Shown: piece by piece, positions 12,775 to 24,589 of the stretch | Numbering within the stretch: the first letter of the stretch is position 1 | Layout: each line of letters opens with the position of its first letter | Program-made: the position numbers and the translations under genes | Source: Glycera tridactyla | Taxonomy: Eukaryota | Direction: 5' to 3' | Length of the DNA stretch: 64,000 nucleotides | NCBI GenBank assembly: GCA_965644265.1 | Contig: OZ286461.1 | Location: 84,382,001-84,446,000 of the forward strand | The notes under the pieces: generated by a model | What the model saw: the letters and a program-made list of their open reading frames with translations, nothing else | What the model was told of the DNA's origin: nothing | The model's database searches: none

Positions 12775-13099
12775 TATACATTTGGTTAATCCATACTGGT
12801 TTTCATCTTGCTTTGATGAGGAGACAGGTATTCACCGTGGGATTTCGGATGTTGACCTTTTGCTGAATGAATGAGCAAATATGGGTTTCGTGTGCTTGTA
12901 GTTTGGGAGTTGTTGCATACATGCAGCAGAAGATGTATAGCAGCAAGGGATTCTCTTATATCCTAAGTCTACAATCCCACTCTTCTCTGAATGTTTGTGG
13001 CTCGTTTCCATTCATAACATGCAAACCACGAGAAACACTTCAAACCGGAGGATTATCATTAGTGTGATTGTGCCACAGAACCTCAGGTGAATACTAGTT

Positions 13100-13350
13100 G
13101 TTCACAATGTTGTTCACAGTGTCTAACAGTTCTCATGAAATTCACAATGTTGTTCACAGTGTCTAATTGTTCTAATGAAATTCACAATGTTGTTCATAGT
13201 GTCTTAGCATTCTAATGAAATCCATGATGCTGTTCACAGTTTCTAACTGTTCTAACAAAATTCCCAATATTGTTCACAGTGTCTAACCATTCTAATGAAA
13301 TTCACAATGTTGTGTTTAACCATTCTGATGAATCCAACAGTTCTAATGAA
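13100..13350. repeat. 40-bp minisatellite, about 5.5 copies
   Basis: TTCACAATGTTGTTCACAGTGTCTAACAGTTCTCATGAAA units. Confidence 0.88.
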
Positions 13351-14170
13351 AAATATTTTTCTCAACTGCTTGCATGTGAGAACATAGGGTCTTTTTAGAT
13401 CACAACCTACAAATACCACCGCGAATGATGATCAAAATAAAGTGTCTATGCAATGAAAAATCTCTCCAAAACAGCCACCACCTTGATAGAAAGACCACCT
13501 GCTTGCGAACTCACGACCACTATTGTATATCCATCTGACTTACCCAGATTGGAAGGAGCTGCACAAGGAGAGTAGACATAGAACTCTATGTTAGATGAGC
13601 CAATAATGTTCACTCAAGTGACAGATGAATGATGATGAATGTTCTCTTTGGCGAGGAGAAGTCGTTCGACCATCACCAATTGTGTCTTGTCTACTCACTA
13701 TCCCATGTTTTCTGCCAGGAAGCATCAAGCTCTGCATGTCAGACCCTGAAAAAGATGGTGAAAGAATACAAAATTCAGTGTATTGTTTTTGACTGCCCAA
13801 TATCTTCACTAATTTGGTCTGTCAAAGTACCAGAAATGATAGAATAAAAGCTCAGGAATTTATGTTTCTTTGAGAAAATAGTTTGTCCGCAGTTCAAAGA
13901 TCAAAATTTCTCGATATTTCATCCTTGTTGGACCCTGTGAAGAGAAAGCCTCTGCAATGACTTCTTTGGTCAGACCACTTTTTGGATGTCATTCAAGGTA
14001 GTAATTCCCAAGTATGGCCGATCTCAGCAGTATTCATGATGAGATAAATGTCAACTTTCGTCCTCGCCATTTTTTGCTTATTCTGGACTGTCTAAATTAC
14101 AATATTGGATAAACCATTGATACGTTTCTTATGGTTCACATGAGGTTCATAGAGGTATGTCGGGATTGGT

Positions 14171-15513
14171 TTTTTTCCGTCGGGATCCCCTCTCAATCTA
14201 GACGATAACATCGCCCCGTTTTGTGAAGGAATCCGCAGAGAAACAAGAGAAAGTCGGCGAAAGTAGACATTAATAGCCGACACAGTCTGAGTACGACCCT
14301 TTGTAAAAGATGCTTCTGGAATCATCAGAATTAGATCGGCCTTGCCTGAAAAATATGCGATTTGTGTGAGAAACTTTACTTATTACGTGAAATACGAAGA
14401 AATCTTGATAATATCGATAAATGACTGCGTGAGAACGTTTGAAACGAAAAATATGACGGAGAAAGCGACACTTACGGATAGAGAGCGCGGACTTTCTCGG
14501 AGAAGTCTTTCCGGTGACGTCATTATATCGATATGCAAATGAGGCGGCGATCCATTCCATAATAGTTTATAAATAATTTATATCTGTCACGTTCACTGAT
14601 TGGCCAAATTGCCGGAATCCCGGCGAAATCGACCAATCAGCGACCTGCTTTCATAAGGCTCTCGTCGCGAGATGTCAACAATGTGCGCAGAAGACGATTT
14701 CAGAGCGTCTGCGCAGGTTTCGGAACCACGAGGAAGCCGATCTCACGAATGAAACAAGAAGGCCAAACCTAACATGGCCCGCTTGACATTTCCACTGTTT
14801 CTGGCGAATATTCGACGGATCCTCGGAATTTATACATGGGAGTATATACAATCGGATATCCGTGATTTAATCGTGTAATCATCTTCACCGTGAGTTCAAT
14901 ATTTCTATGGTATTTTAGCCTTGAAAGGCGATGTGAGAATTCGCGGAACCCACGTGTTTGACACGACCCGTTTGACAAGCTGTCAACAGAGCCGGCCGAA
15001 GTTTCGTCATGTTGCTTTACATGAAGAAAAATACGTTTAATGGCGAAATGAAGAGGAATCACTTCGAGCTAGGTCGCATGAGCCGAGATCTCGATTTTTT
15101 GTTTCGTTATATATGCAGTTTGAGAGTTGACAATCTGTCTATTTGTTCGTTTGAAGCAAATTTCCGTCGTCTTACAATTCAATTGTAGAAATACCAAGAT
15201 GGCGGGCGCGAGTTTCTTCATGTTGCTTCACATGACGAGAAATACGTTTACTGGCCAAATGAAGAGGAATCACTTCGAGCTAGGTCGCGTGTGCCGAGAT
15301 TTCGATGTTTTCTTTCGTCATATATGCAGTTTGAGAGTTGACAATCTGTCTATTTGTTCGTTTGAAGCGATTTCCGTCGTATTATAATTCGATTGTAGAA
15401 ATATCAAGATGGCGGCCGTGAGTTTCTTCATGTTGCTTCATGTTTTTCCCTTTAAATTACCACTTCTCCACTGTAAATCGACGACCATTCTTCTTTTTGA
15501 AGAAATTCTTGTT
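14171..15513 (+). mobile_element. HINE-like family H1, copy 2, with 210-bp tandem cores
   Basis: High similarity to the reverse complement of 42870-44307. CAAGATGGCGG recurs at 15195 and 15405 (210-bp period). It has the same terminal stem-loop and TTCTTGTT end. Confidence 0.75.
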
Positions 15514-15709
15514 AACCTATCCCTGGAGGGCGGAGTTCAATAGAGATCCTGCACCACTCCTTGGCACCAGTGCTACCATAGACTACAAAAGGCAGCTAAC
15601 GAGCTGGTTTCTTCACTATTTGTGATGGAAATTGGTGGCACAGCAGTTGGCAAGTGCTAATGGTTGGGTCCCATCATACCAGGTTAGGTATGTTAGCACT
15701 GGTGTCAGT

Positions 15710-15880
15710 GGAATATATTTGTGTATGAAACCAATATTAGAAACCCTAATAGTATGGAATATTTGTGTATAAAACCAATATTAGAAACCCTGATAGTATG
15801 GAATGTATTTGTGTATAAAACCAGTATGAGAAACCCAAATACAATGGAATATATTTGTGTATAAAACCAATATGAGACCC
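15710..15880. repeat. About 45-bp minisatellite, about 4 copies
   Basis: GGAATATATTTGTGTATAAAACCAATATTAGAAACCC units. Confidence 0.82.
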
Positions 15881-16339
15881 ATCATGAAGATGAACATTCT
15901 GATTTTATAAAACACATCCTTTTTTTAGTTGGTCATGTGTTTTTGTTCATCATTTTCAGAGGTAATGAGTTCATGAGATTCTGGTCAATAGTGATACTAT
16001 TTTTAGAAAGAAGGGGCATTAACTCACATGGGGGTGAGAGCTGGGACGGCATCTACCTTCACAACATTACTGGGAGGTCACCCCCAGGGTTTCACAAGTG
16101 AGGATGTTCCCCATCTGAATTGGCCAGTGGTCCAGTTGAGAGCATTCGCTCATTCAGTCTATCCTCTGGCAATCTTCTAAAGTGTCAGATGGTGATTTAT
16201 CAGAATTGAACGTACAATCAGTGGCTGAGATGAATAAGAAATGTGCTGTCATTTGTAGGAAAATGGATCTGTGAACGTATACACTTTCCAAATCAAGTGC
16301 TTCCTAATGCAGATCGGCATGACTGATTATGTATTTCTA

Positions 16340-16498
16340 TAGTCAAACCTCTCTATAAAGACAGCTTTCGGTCACATCATAGTGGCCTTCATAGGGAGGT
16401 GGTCTTTACAGAGAGGTCATTTACTGTTGAAAATACTACCATGGTTGTAGCTCAGGGTGGCCATTATAGAGAGGTGGTCTTTGGAGGAGGTTTGATTG
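16340..16498. mobile_element. MITE M1-related
   Basis: Homologous to 4170-4391, with degenerate TIRs. Confidence 0.68.
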
Positions 16499-17146
16499 TA
16501 CTTGGAAATTTTGGATTTGCTGTGTTCATCATGGGAAGTTCCTATCAATGATGAATTTTATTGTAAATCATGAATTTTATTGTGAATCATGAGTGTACAA
16601 CACATAGGTCAGTGCATGAGATAGCTGGCACTTTCACAGGCTAGGTGCTTGGTGCCATGGTGGAAATCCCAGATTAATATCCACTAGAGATCAGATGATT
16701 TCGGAAAATGTAATTTGTTCATTTCCATGGTGTATAGTGAAACATAATTTCATTCTGAAGAGAAACACACCAATCAGAAGTGTGTTTATTTGACCAATGC
16801 CCTAAGCAACCAAGAATTCCCCTTTGACAAGAAACTAATGAAATTCAGATTCTATTATAGATTGACAGCTGATAATCCATCAAGGTATATGAAATAGATC
16901 ATATTACCATCTCTCGCAGGTATCTTATGCAGCCTATCATTCAACTCTAAATATACATTGATATAACAGTCTGTCTAGTTAGACGGCTGTACAGATTATA
17001 TGATGGATGATTTATCCAATAAAAATGTGTCTGTATTACCATAGTCTGTTGTTGTTCTGGTGCATTGTTTACTTTGGCACATATCCACATGTTTGGATGA
17101 AATTTCTTTTCTGCACTCCACAATATAACCCATTTTTCAAAATTGA

Positions 17147-18605
17147 GATACAAGATACAAGATACAAGATACAAAAATCTTTATTTTTCCAGGCGTCAAC
17201 AGTACATGTTATTTCGGTAAAACAGCACATAATCATATAAGGTATAAAAATTAGGCCATAGGCCTACTCTTACACTGCAGCCTGGTTCATTGTTTATACG
17301 AATGTTGTTTCGAGATGGAATATACTGTATGCACTCACAGTATTTTCCTGTTTGGTTGGAGGTATACGAAGTGTGGGAAACTTGACTATCAATACAAAAC
17401 ATCCAGTACAATTCTATCTTTTCAGGTGAGAAATTTTGAGAGACGGAAACAGCCCTTCCGAATTTTCATATATACAAGAATTGTCAATCGGTACTACTGA
17501 GGTACTAACTCTTCCAAGCATTCAACATTTGAGCAAGGGGATATCATACATCTTCAACATCATACTCAGGGAAAGAATTTTCTAGTATTTTCTAAACAGA
17601 TCTAGTCTATTTCAGGCTCATTTAAAAATGCTCGCTGGAAGCTTGCAACTGTCTTTGATGTTCTTGATTCATGGCTGATACTGTTCCATAGTCTAGCTCC
17701 TGCAATCGACAATGCAAAACCTCCCTGCCTGGTTCGTACACGTGGTATTATAATATTTGACTGTGCAGATGACCTTGTATTCAAGCCATGCTGATAATCG
17801 AGGGTCAACAATTGTCTACAAAAATAGTCTGACGATATAACTCCATTTATCAATTTATACATAATTGTTGCAAGATGTAGCTTTCTCCTATTTTCTAGTC
17901 TAACCAAACCCAGAGTAGCATGCATTTCATCAGTGGAGCTACGTGAATTCATTTTCAGTATGGTTCTACAAGCTCGGTTTTGCAAAATCTGTAATTTTGA
18001 CAGGTTTTCTTTGGAGGTGTGGTGATACACCAGGTCACAATAATCCGTCAGAGGCAGAATCAGGCTTTTGTACAGAAGTAGGCTGGTTTTCTGGTCAAGA
18101 TAAGTCCTGGTTCTCCTCAGTAGACCCAATTTGTTTTTTGATTTTCTGCAAATTGTGTCAATGTGGGTATCGAAAGATAGAAATTTGTCAAGAATAACAC
18201 CAAGATACTTAAAATGTTCAACTTGTTCAATATGCTCCCGTTGCATGCTTAGCTCTAGGTTTGTGGGTCCTCTGAAGTACCGATTTCTGATTGCCATTGA
18301 CTTAGTTTTCTTAACATTCAATGATAGCTTATTTGACATTAGCCAGTATTCAATTGCGTCCAAGTCTTCCTGTAGTTGTTCACGTACTTCTTCTATTGAT
18401 TTCCCTGTATAAAATATCACTGTATCGTCAGCATACAAATAAACATGAGAATTTCTGATGCATTGTGTTATGTCATTAATGTAAATAATGAAGAGGAGTG
18501 GACCCATAATAGATCCTTGGGGCACCCCACAATTTATGGATTGAGTCGGTGAACTAACTCCATTATATGTAGTAGTCTGATTGAACACCAAATACTGCTG
18601 AATAC
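17147..18605 (-). mobile_element. 5'-truncated CR1-group LINE, copy B (a different family from A)
   Basis: 329-aa RT C-terminal ORF, a 3' UTR, AATAAA (17180-17185) and a (TTGTATC)n tail at 17147-17174. Confidence 0.92.
17602..18591 (-). CDS. Truncated LINE reverse transcriptase (C-terminal part)
   Basis: Motifs GVPQGSIMGPLLF, YADDT, FKYLG and GARLWNSI; collinear with the copy A RT. Confidence 0.92.
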   Translation of the reverse strand: MVFNQTTTYNGVSSPTQSINCGVPQGSIMGPLLFIIYINDITQCIRNSHVYLYADDTVIFYTGKSIEEVREQLQEDLDAIEYWLMSNKLSLNVKKTKSMAIRNRYFRGPTNLELSMQREHIEQVEHFKYLGVILDKFLSFDTHIDTICRKSKNKLGLLRRTRTYLDQKTSLLLYKSLILPLTDYCDLVYHHTSKENLSKLQILQNRACRTILKMNSRSSTDEMHATLGLVRLENRRKLHLATIMYKLINGVISSDYFCRQLLTLDYQHGLNTRSSAQSNIIIPRVRTRQGGFALSIAGARLWNSISHESRTSKTVASFQRAFLNEPEID

Positions 18606-18639
18606 TTGATCAATCATCATCATTCAGGAGGAAGTGTGC

Positions 18640-18990
18640 AACATACAGTTAGGTGCGGACAAGTGGCGAGTTGCGGACACTCCGGTTCTCAACTGAGCAA
18701 CACTGTTAACAACTGGGTTCCTCCTTGGATGGGTGACAACATGGACAAGGTTCCCAATTCCATACCAGGCCTGCACCATTACACAGATCTGTGAGATCTG
18801 CGCTACTCACTGAGGAGGCACTTCTGTGTGGAGGTAACTGAGTGGAACCTCTGTACTCACTCAACTTCACCAAGGTGTGAATGGGTACTTGGCATATAGT
18901 GATGGTGATTGTTGAGTGCTTAGCCCATGCAGTTAACTGGGTATCAATGGTTGTATACTCCTCAGGGAGATGGGAAGGGTGAGGTGGTCA
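18640..18990 (+). mobile_element. 5S-rRNA-derived SINE (SINE3-like)
   Basis: The head has ACACTCCGGTTCTC and CTTGGATGGGTGAC, matching recalled invertebrate 5S rRNA segments (ACACCGGTTCTC and box C TTGGATGGGTGAC). The body is homologous to 24590-24935. Confidence 0.7.
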
Positions 18991-19564
18991 ATCTCAAACT
19001 CATGCACACGTATACATGTCATGGTTGCTTGGAAGCTGACATTGATATTTCATAATGTTCACATTATTTTGAGGTATGAACCCACAATGACAATGACAAT
19101 GACAATGACAATGACAATGACATGACAATGACAATGACAATGACATAATCTTTATTTTACCTGGCGGTTGTAGCAACATTCATGGCATAAAGAACAATAC
19201 AAAATACAGTAATACCAGCAGCAGCTGATCTCGGCTACGACCAGTCTTCAACTATATTCGAGACATCATTGTGCATATGAATATAATAATACCATATGTA
19301 CTGGGTTCATGTCTAACTTCCAAAACCAACCGGTTATTGGATCTTCAATAAATATGGTATGATAAGTAGAGGATTTAATGGGTTAAATAGCATATTAACG
19401 GATAATATTCAGGGATTCCGAGTAACAATATCAGTCTTTCTTGCTGTGACATAGATCAGTAGGTATACTCCTTGCGGCATAATGTGGTAGCAATCAGAAG
19501 TTAATATGGCATTCTCGGTATAAGACTATGAGATTACGACAGTTCTATTCTTCTTGTGAAGCAA

Positions 19565-21634
19565 TTATAGATTCTCCTGAACCATAAAGGGAACAGGCTT
19601 ATACTTCCAGTAGTTGTTCTTAAAAATGTTGAGGCTGCAAGATTTGCGTAATTCAGCATCCAGGTTGTTCCAGATCATGGCGCCTCTAACAATTAGGGAT
19701 CTTCCACCAAAAATGGTCCTAGTTCTAGGTACGACAAGGTCTTCATTTGTTACTGATCTAGTATGATGGCCATGTGTTAATGACACAGTATCAAATAAAT
19801 TTACGAGCAAATCTGACTTGATTAGACCATGTCTTATCTTGTAGATAAAGACAGCATATTGAAAGTTTCGGCGCTCATCAAGAGTTAGCTGCTTCATATC
19901 TATATGTAGCTTACTAGCAGAACAATATCTATCACTGAGGCTAACCAATCTCAATCCTCGATTCTGAAGCACCTGCAGTTTTGACATATTGCTCACAGAA
20001 GTTTCACCATATATTATGTTACCAAAGTCAAAATGTGGAACGACAAGGGATCTATACAACATAAGACAGATTTTCTCATCAATGAATTTTCGTACCCTGC
20101 TCAGGGCTGCTAAGCGCTTCTTAGTTTTTCTAATGGTATGATCTACATGCTGATTAAAGTTCAAGACAGGATCCAGGATTAGTCCAAGGTATTTAAAGAT
20201 GAAGACTGGTTCTATTCTCTCATTGTTCATGCTCAGATCCATGGTTCTACCATCTCTATACGCTACTGAGTGAAACAACATAGATTTCGTCTTTTTTACT
20301 TTCAACGTGAGCTTATTGGCACGAAGCCAATACTCAACACTCTGCAGATCCTCTTGAAGCTGAGCTTCAACAATATTAACATTATCACCAGTATAGTACA
20401 GGACAGTGTCGTCAGCATACATAGCAACCTTGCTGTTGGCAATATTCTGGCTTAGGTCATTGATATAAGCTATGAACAGAAGAGGCCCAAGAATGGATCC
20501 CTGGGGCACTCCACACTCAATATTTTCCATGGCAGACAAAGATGATCTGAATTTCGTACATTGTTTACGATTACCAAGATAATTGCAAAACCAGGCATTG
20601 ACACTGCCAACCACTCCATACTGCCGGAGTTTATCCAGCAATATAGCATGATCGACAGTGTCAAATGCCTTCTTTAGGTCAAGAAAAACCATGCCCGTCA
20701 CCTGCCTTCTGTCAATACCCACATACACATCATTGAGAATCGTAATGGTGCATGCAGTAGTTGAATATTCCTCACGAAAACCAAATTGACATGGTGAGAA
20801 CAGGTTATTACCATCCAAGAACTTGTATATTTGATTGTGAACAAAGCCCTCTAATAGCTTTCCCATCACAGGTAATACAGATATGGGTCTGTAGTTACTA
20901 ATGTCCTCCCGATTACCCTCCTTAAACAAGGGAGTGACACACGCAGTCTTCCAATCCAACGGTACAATACCATTAATGAGTGACATATTCAGTATATGTG
21001 TAACAGGCAAGCATATCTCACTGGCTGCTATCTTAAGAAATGACGGATATATACCATCTATTCCGATAGATTTACCGCTCTTCATGCCAGCAAGTGCTTT
21101 TCTGACTTCTTCAATAGTAACCCTATCAAAACTGAACATATTGCCGACATTCTGGATATCTGGGAGGATGTTTCTGTTTGTGACTGGTATAAGCCCGGCA
21201 AGTTTAGCCCCTACAGAACAGAATACTTGGTTAAACTCGTTGGCAATATCCTCAGGCTCACTCTTACCGTTAATGATCAAAGAGGAGGGGCCACCACTTG
21301 AGGACTTTTTGGGAATGAGCAAAGATATTATCTTCCAAAGTCTGCGAATGTTACCCTGGCAATCATCGATACTGACTTCAATAAAATTTTTCTTGAGACT
21401 ATTACCTAAACTTGTAGTTTGATTTCTCATTCTCCGGTATATGAAGTGATCCACACCATTTCGAGTGCGTTGGAATTTTCTTTTCGCTGCATCCCTTGCA
21501 TCACATAATGATAAGAATTCATGGGTCACCCATGGCGGGGGTCTTCCTCTAACCTTGATCATTTTGAAAGGGCAGCATTCATCGCAGACCTTAATGAAGA
21601 TAGCCTTAAAATTTTTCCCAAGCCTGATTAGCAT
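19565..21634 (-). CDS. LINE ORF2 reverse transcriptase domain (continuation after the 1-nt frameshift near 21612)
   Basis: Non-LTR RT motifs YRPISVLP, QFGFR, FLDLKKAFDTVDH, GVPQGSILGPLLF, YADDT and FKYLG, plus a C-terminal GAMIWNNL..FKN segment. Confidence 0.96.
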   Translation of the reverse strand: MLIRLGKNFKAIFIKVCDECCPFKMIKVRGRPPPWVTHEFLSLCDARDAAKRKFQRTRNGVDHFIYRRMRNQTTSLGNSLKKNFIEVSIDDCQGNIRRLWKIISLLIPKKSSSGGPSSLIINGKSEPEDIANEFNQVFCSVGAKLAGLIPVTNRNILPDIQNVGNMFSFDRVTIEEVRKALAGMKSGKSIGIDGIYPSFLKIAASEICLPVTHILNMSLINGIVPLDWKTACVTPLFKEGNREDISNYRPISVLPVMGKLLEGFVHNQIYKFLDGNNLFSPCQFGFREEYSTTACTITILNDVYVGIDRRQVTGMVFLDLKKAFDTVDHAILLDKLRQYGVVGSVNAWFCNYLGNRKQCTKFRSSLSAMENIECGVPQGSILGPLLFIAYINDLSQNIANSKVAMYADDTVLYYTGDNVNIVEAQLQEDLQSVEYWLRANKLTLKVKKTKSMLFHSVAYRDGRTMDLSMNNERIEPVFIFKYLGLILDPVLNFNQHVDHTIRKTKKRLAALSRVRKFIDEKICLMLYRSLVVPHFDFGNIIYGETSVSNMSKLQVLQNRGLRLVSLSDRYCSASKLHIDMKQLTLDERRNFQYAVFIYKIRHGLIKSDLLVNLFDTVSLTHGHHTRSVTNEDLVVPRTRTIFGGRSLIVRGAMIWNNLDAELRKSCSLNIFKNNYWKYKPVPFMVQENL

Positions 21635-22466
21635 CAGCTTTATCAGTAACAGATGTCCAATCCTCCTGTGCTAATGACTTCCTGAAAGTTTCAGGATCAA
21701 ACTTACGAAAACTTCTCGCTCTAATATATCTTGCAGGTTTTCTCTGTTTCACAAATTTACGATGAACAAAAATCAAATTATGGTCAGAGCAGCCTAAGGT
21801 ATAGTTGCCAACTGCAGATATCATTTCTTCTCTGTTTGCCATAATGAGATCAATGCATGTTGCAGAGCTGACTGTAACTCTGGTGGGTGAATCTAGGTAT
21901 TGAGATAGCAGATGTGATGCTAAGAATTGATTCAAATATTTACACCCAGGGCTACGCTTGTTCATCACATCTATATTACAGTCACCTAGAATATACACCT
22001 CAGGATTATCATGTAAACCATGTAAGTCTAGAATACCACCAAGCTTTAACAAAAATGACTGCACATTTCCATGGGGTGGCCTATAGCAATTTAAGCAGAG
22101 GATAGGTCTAGAGTTTGGTAAGGAAATTTTGATTCCGATCATTTCTAGGTCAGTATCATTATTGCAAAGGATAGCTAGATGTACAAAGTGAATGTCATCT
22201 CTCACATAGACAGCAACTCCACCTCCGCTCTGCCTTACCACACAATCTGCTCGGTCCTGTCTTGTTAAGCAATAACCAGGGATTTCAAGTTCAAGATCAT
22301 CAATATTAGAGTCCAAATTAGTCTCTGATATACCAAGGATGTCTAATTTGCCTAATAGTAGCAGACGCTTGATGTCATCAATCTTATATCTGATGCTACA
22401 AATATTCACATGTGCAATAACCAGTCCACTGAGTGTGGATAGGTTGGAGAAATCAAGATCTGTCAT
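21606..22466 (-). CDS. LINE ORF2 N-terminal apurinic/apyrimidinic endonuclease domain (ends at a frameshift)
   Basis: APE motifs AHVNICS, ILGISETNL, GGGVAVYV, YRPP, GDCNID and SDHNLI are present in order. Confidence 0.93.
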   Translation of the reverse strand: MTDLDFSNLSTLSGLVIAHVNICSIRYKIDDIKRLLLLGKLDILGISETNLDSNIDDLELEIPGYCLTRQDRADCVVRQSGGGVAVYVRDDIHFVHLAILCNNDTDLEMIGIKISLPNSRPILCLNCYRPPHGNVQSFLLKLGGILDLHGLHDNPEVYILGDCNIDVMNKRSPGCKYLNQFLASHLLSQYLDSPTRVTVSSATCIDLIMANREEMISAVGNYTLGCSDHNLIFVHRKFVKQRKPARYIRARSFRKFDPETFRKSLAQEDWTSVTDKADANQAWEKF

Positions 22467-24589
22467 ATTGAAAATATGACCCTAACCAGCCTGTCAACAG
22501 CATTAAGGCATACATCCTGATCATTGTCATCAAGGTTCCCAAATAAATATCTGGATGGTATCCGTTAAATAGTGAAAGTTGTGTAAAAGAGAAAGAGATA
22601 TAGTAAGTTTTCGGAGTATAGTAGAGGGGCATGGAGCAAGAGCTATCGGTCGATATGTAGTAGTAGTTAAATATCCTTAGCCTAGACATAGTCCAGGAGA
22701 AAGGAGAAAGTATAAGTAGAGTGGGTAGAACACAGGTGAATACCTGAGTCCCCAAAGCTTCGTATATTCAAGTAGCCGCAAACACACATCTAGAGCACAT
22801 ATATTCAAAGTGACAGCACAAAGAACATTCACATTCATCCTGTTTGAAACACATGTATACATTATATTATCTTTTAGTTGCAGAAAATTAGCTGTACCCC
22901 ATTTATTCATACAGGAAACATACAAAAGTTCACCAGTACTCTAAACACAGAAGATCATATGCACAACAGAGACACACATGTTTATGCTCATTTACCAGCC
23001 ACATCTCGATCAATCGTCTAAGGTGAACTTGCTATATAGGTTGCAGGATGGTAAGAATACCCCTCAGCAACAAGTGGGGGGAGGGGACCGAACAAACTAT
23101 ATCTAGATGATCTTTACTAGTATGTGCCACGAAACAGTAAAAAAACTAATAAACAATTCCTATACTGTAAATTTGTGGTGGGAATCGAGCTGCGATATTA
23201 GAAGATACCTGAGGCTAATAATAATAATTAAATAAACTTAGATATGTGAACAGAAGCCAGGGAAATCTAAATTCAAATGTGACGAGCGTATAATGTTGCA
23301 CCCCGATGCAAGGGTAGTAGCCAAAGACTTCCACATTCCATGCCCGGACTCTTCAGAAATTCACCCAGTGATCATCACACACACAGATACTAGTTCACAA
23401 GTGTTTCAACACTAGTGCTTGCTCCGGGGCTTATATATACATATATATTTACATGATATTTCGAGATATGGAATGAGAAACTCGCCCGGGCTCTCTTAGT
23501 GGATATTGTATCCATGAAACCACATTCATGTTCTTAGGTTTGTATTGGAAATAATATGCATGATAAGTTGTGGTATGAAACCACAAACTTCCTCGTGTAT
23601 GATAATGTGTGATTTGAAGCCTCAGCCTTGCTGTCAGGTCTGTATTAAATGTGCAGTCAAACCTGCCTATGGTGACCACACACGGTCATATGCAGAAGTG
23701 GTCAATGTTGAGAGGTGGTCCTTGTGAAAGGGGTAGTTCATTTATTTGATGATGAAAAAGATGCTCAAACATGAGTGGTTGATGAATGATCTGGTGCATT
23801 TTTTGACTGATATATGTCTTTAATATGAGACCCACTGCAAACCCCACCAATACAACCTCTCAGTCTTCACGAAAAACGTTTTCAGCCAATCTCCCGTTGG
23901 GAGAGCAGACTGGAAAAATCATCCTCCCGAAAGTAAACTCACTCTCCCGACTTTGATCAAAAGGTCCAAAGAAAACAAGCTCAAACCTCAAACCACATAT
24001 GTGTGAGTGAATGCCTTGTTGTAACTTATCCGTCATGTGAGTGACTATTCAAGTAACACCAACCCTTTTTTTGCTCAAGTTCTTTCTTCAGAATCAAAGA
24101 CGTGCAGGTACATGTAAAGTTATCTAGCAGGTAATAGGGTTTATTACGTTGTAGAAGTCAAAACCGTGTTGTTCTCTTTTCGAAAAAATTCATGACTTTC
24201 TGATCAACTGAAAAATTAACATTCTCCCATCAATATTCTGGCAAATACGTGATCAATTCATTTTATTTCAAACGCAGCAATCACTCCCAATGTGAGCTGT
24301 CACATGAGAAAGCAGATAATTACCTGGAAGATCAAACAGAACTGATATGATGCTATTTGCAATAATATCCAGTTTGAAATCATGATTCCTATAAAAGCAC
24401 TCGAAACCAATTTATACTGGTCCCTATACAGCGCATCTGATATGAGAAAAGTCACAGTCTTGGTAAGCCATGAGGTCAAAAGAGACGATGTAGTGGTTTA
24501 TGTAAATGGACTGGTTTATAGTCTGGTATCCTTAGCAAGTTCACCTGACTTTACAAATACATTCCTTGGCAGACCTGTTCAAGCTTGAG

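Larger units (their letters stand above)
19085..23430 (-). mobile_element. CR1-group (CR1/L2/Crack-like) LINE, copy A, with near-complete ORF2 and no ORF1 visible
   Basis: APE endonuclease and RT ORFs (see CDS entries). The 3' UTR ends in AATAAA (tttatt at 19151-19156) followed by a (GTCATT)n tail (19085-19146). About 1 kb of ORF-less sequence lies upstream of the ATG; the 5' boundary is approximate. Confidence 0.93.

Noticed and set aside
16022-16230. Minus-strand exon bounded by CTCAG and GTGAGT
   Set aside because: All three frames contain stops and no homology was recognised.
17411-17431. TTTTCAG|GTGAGA as a third recursive splice site
   Set aside because: It lies in the antisense 3' UTR of LINE B and has a weaker donor and tract, so it is probably chance.
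23569-23587. Possible target-site duplication of LINE A (similar to 19069-19087)
   Set aside because: There are several mismatches in about 18 nt, which is too many for an element with an almost intact ORF.
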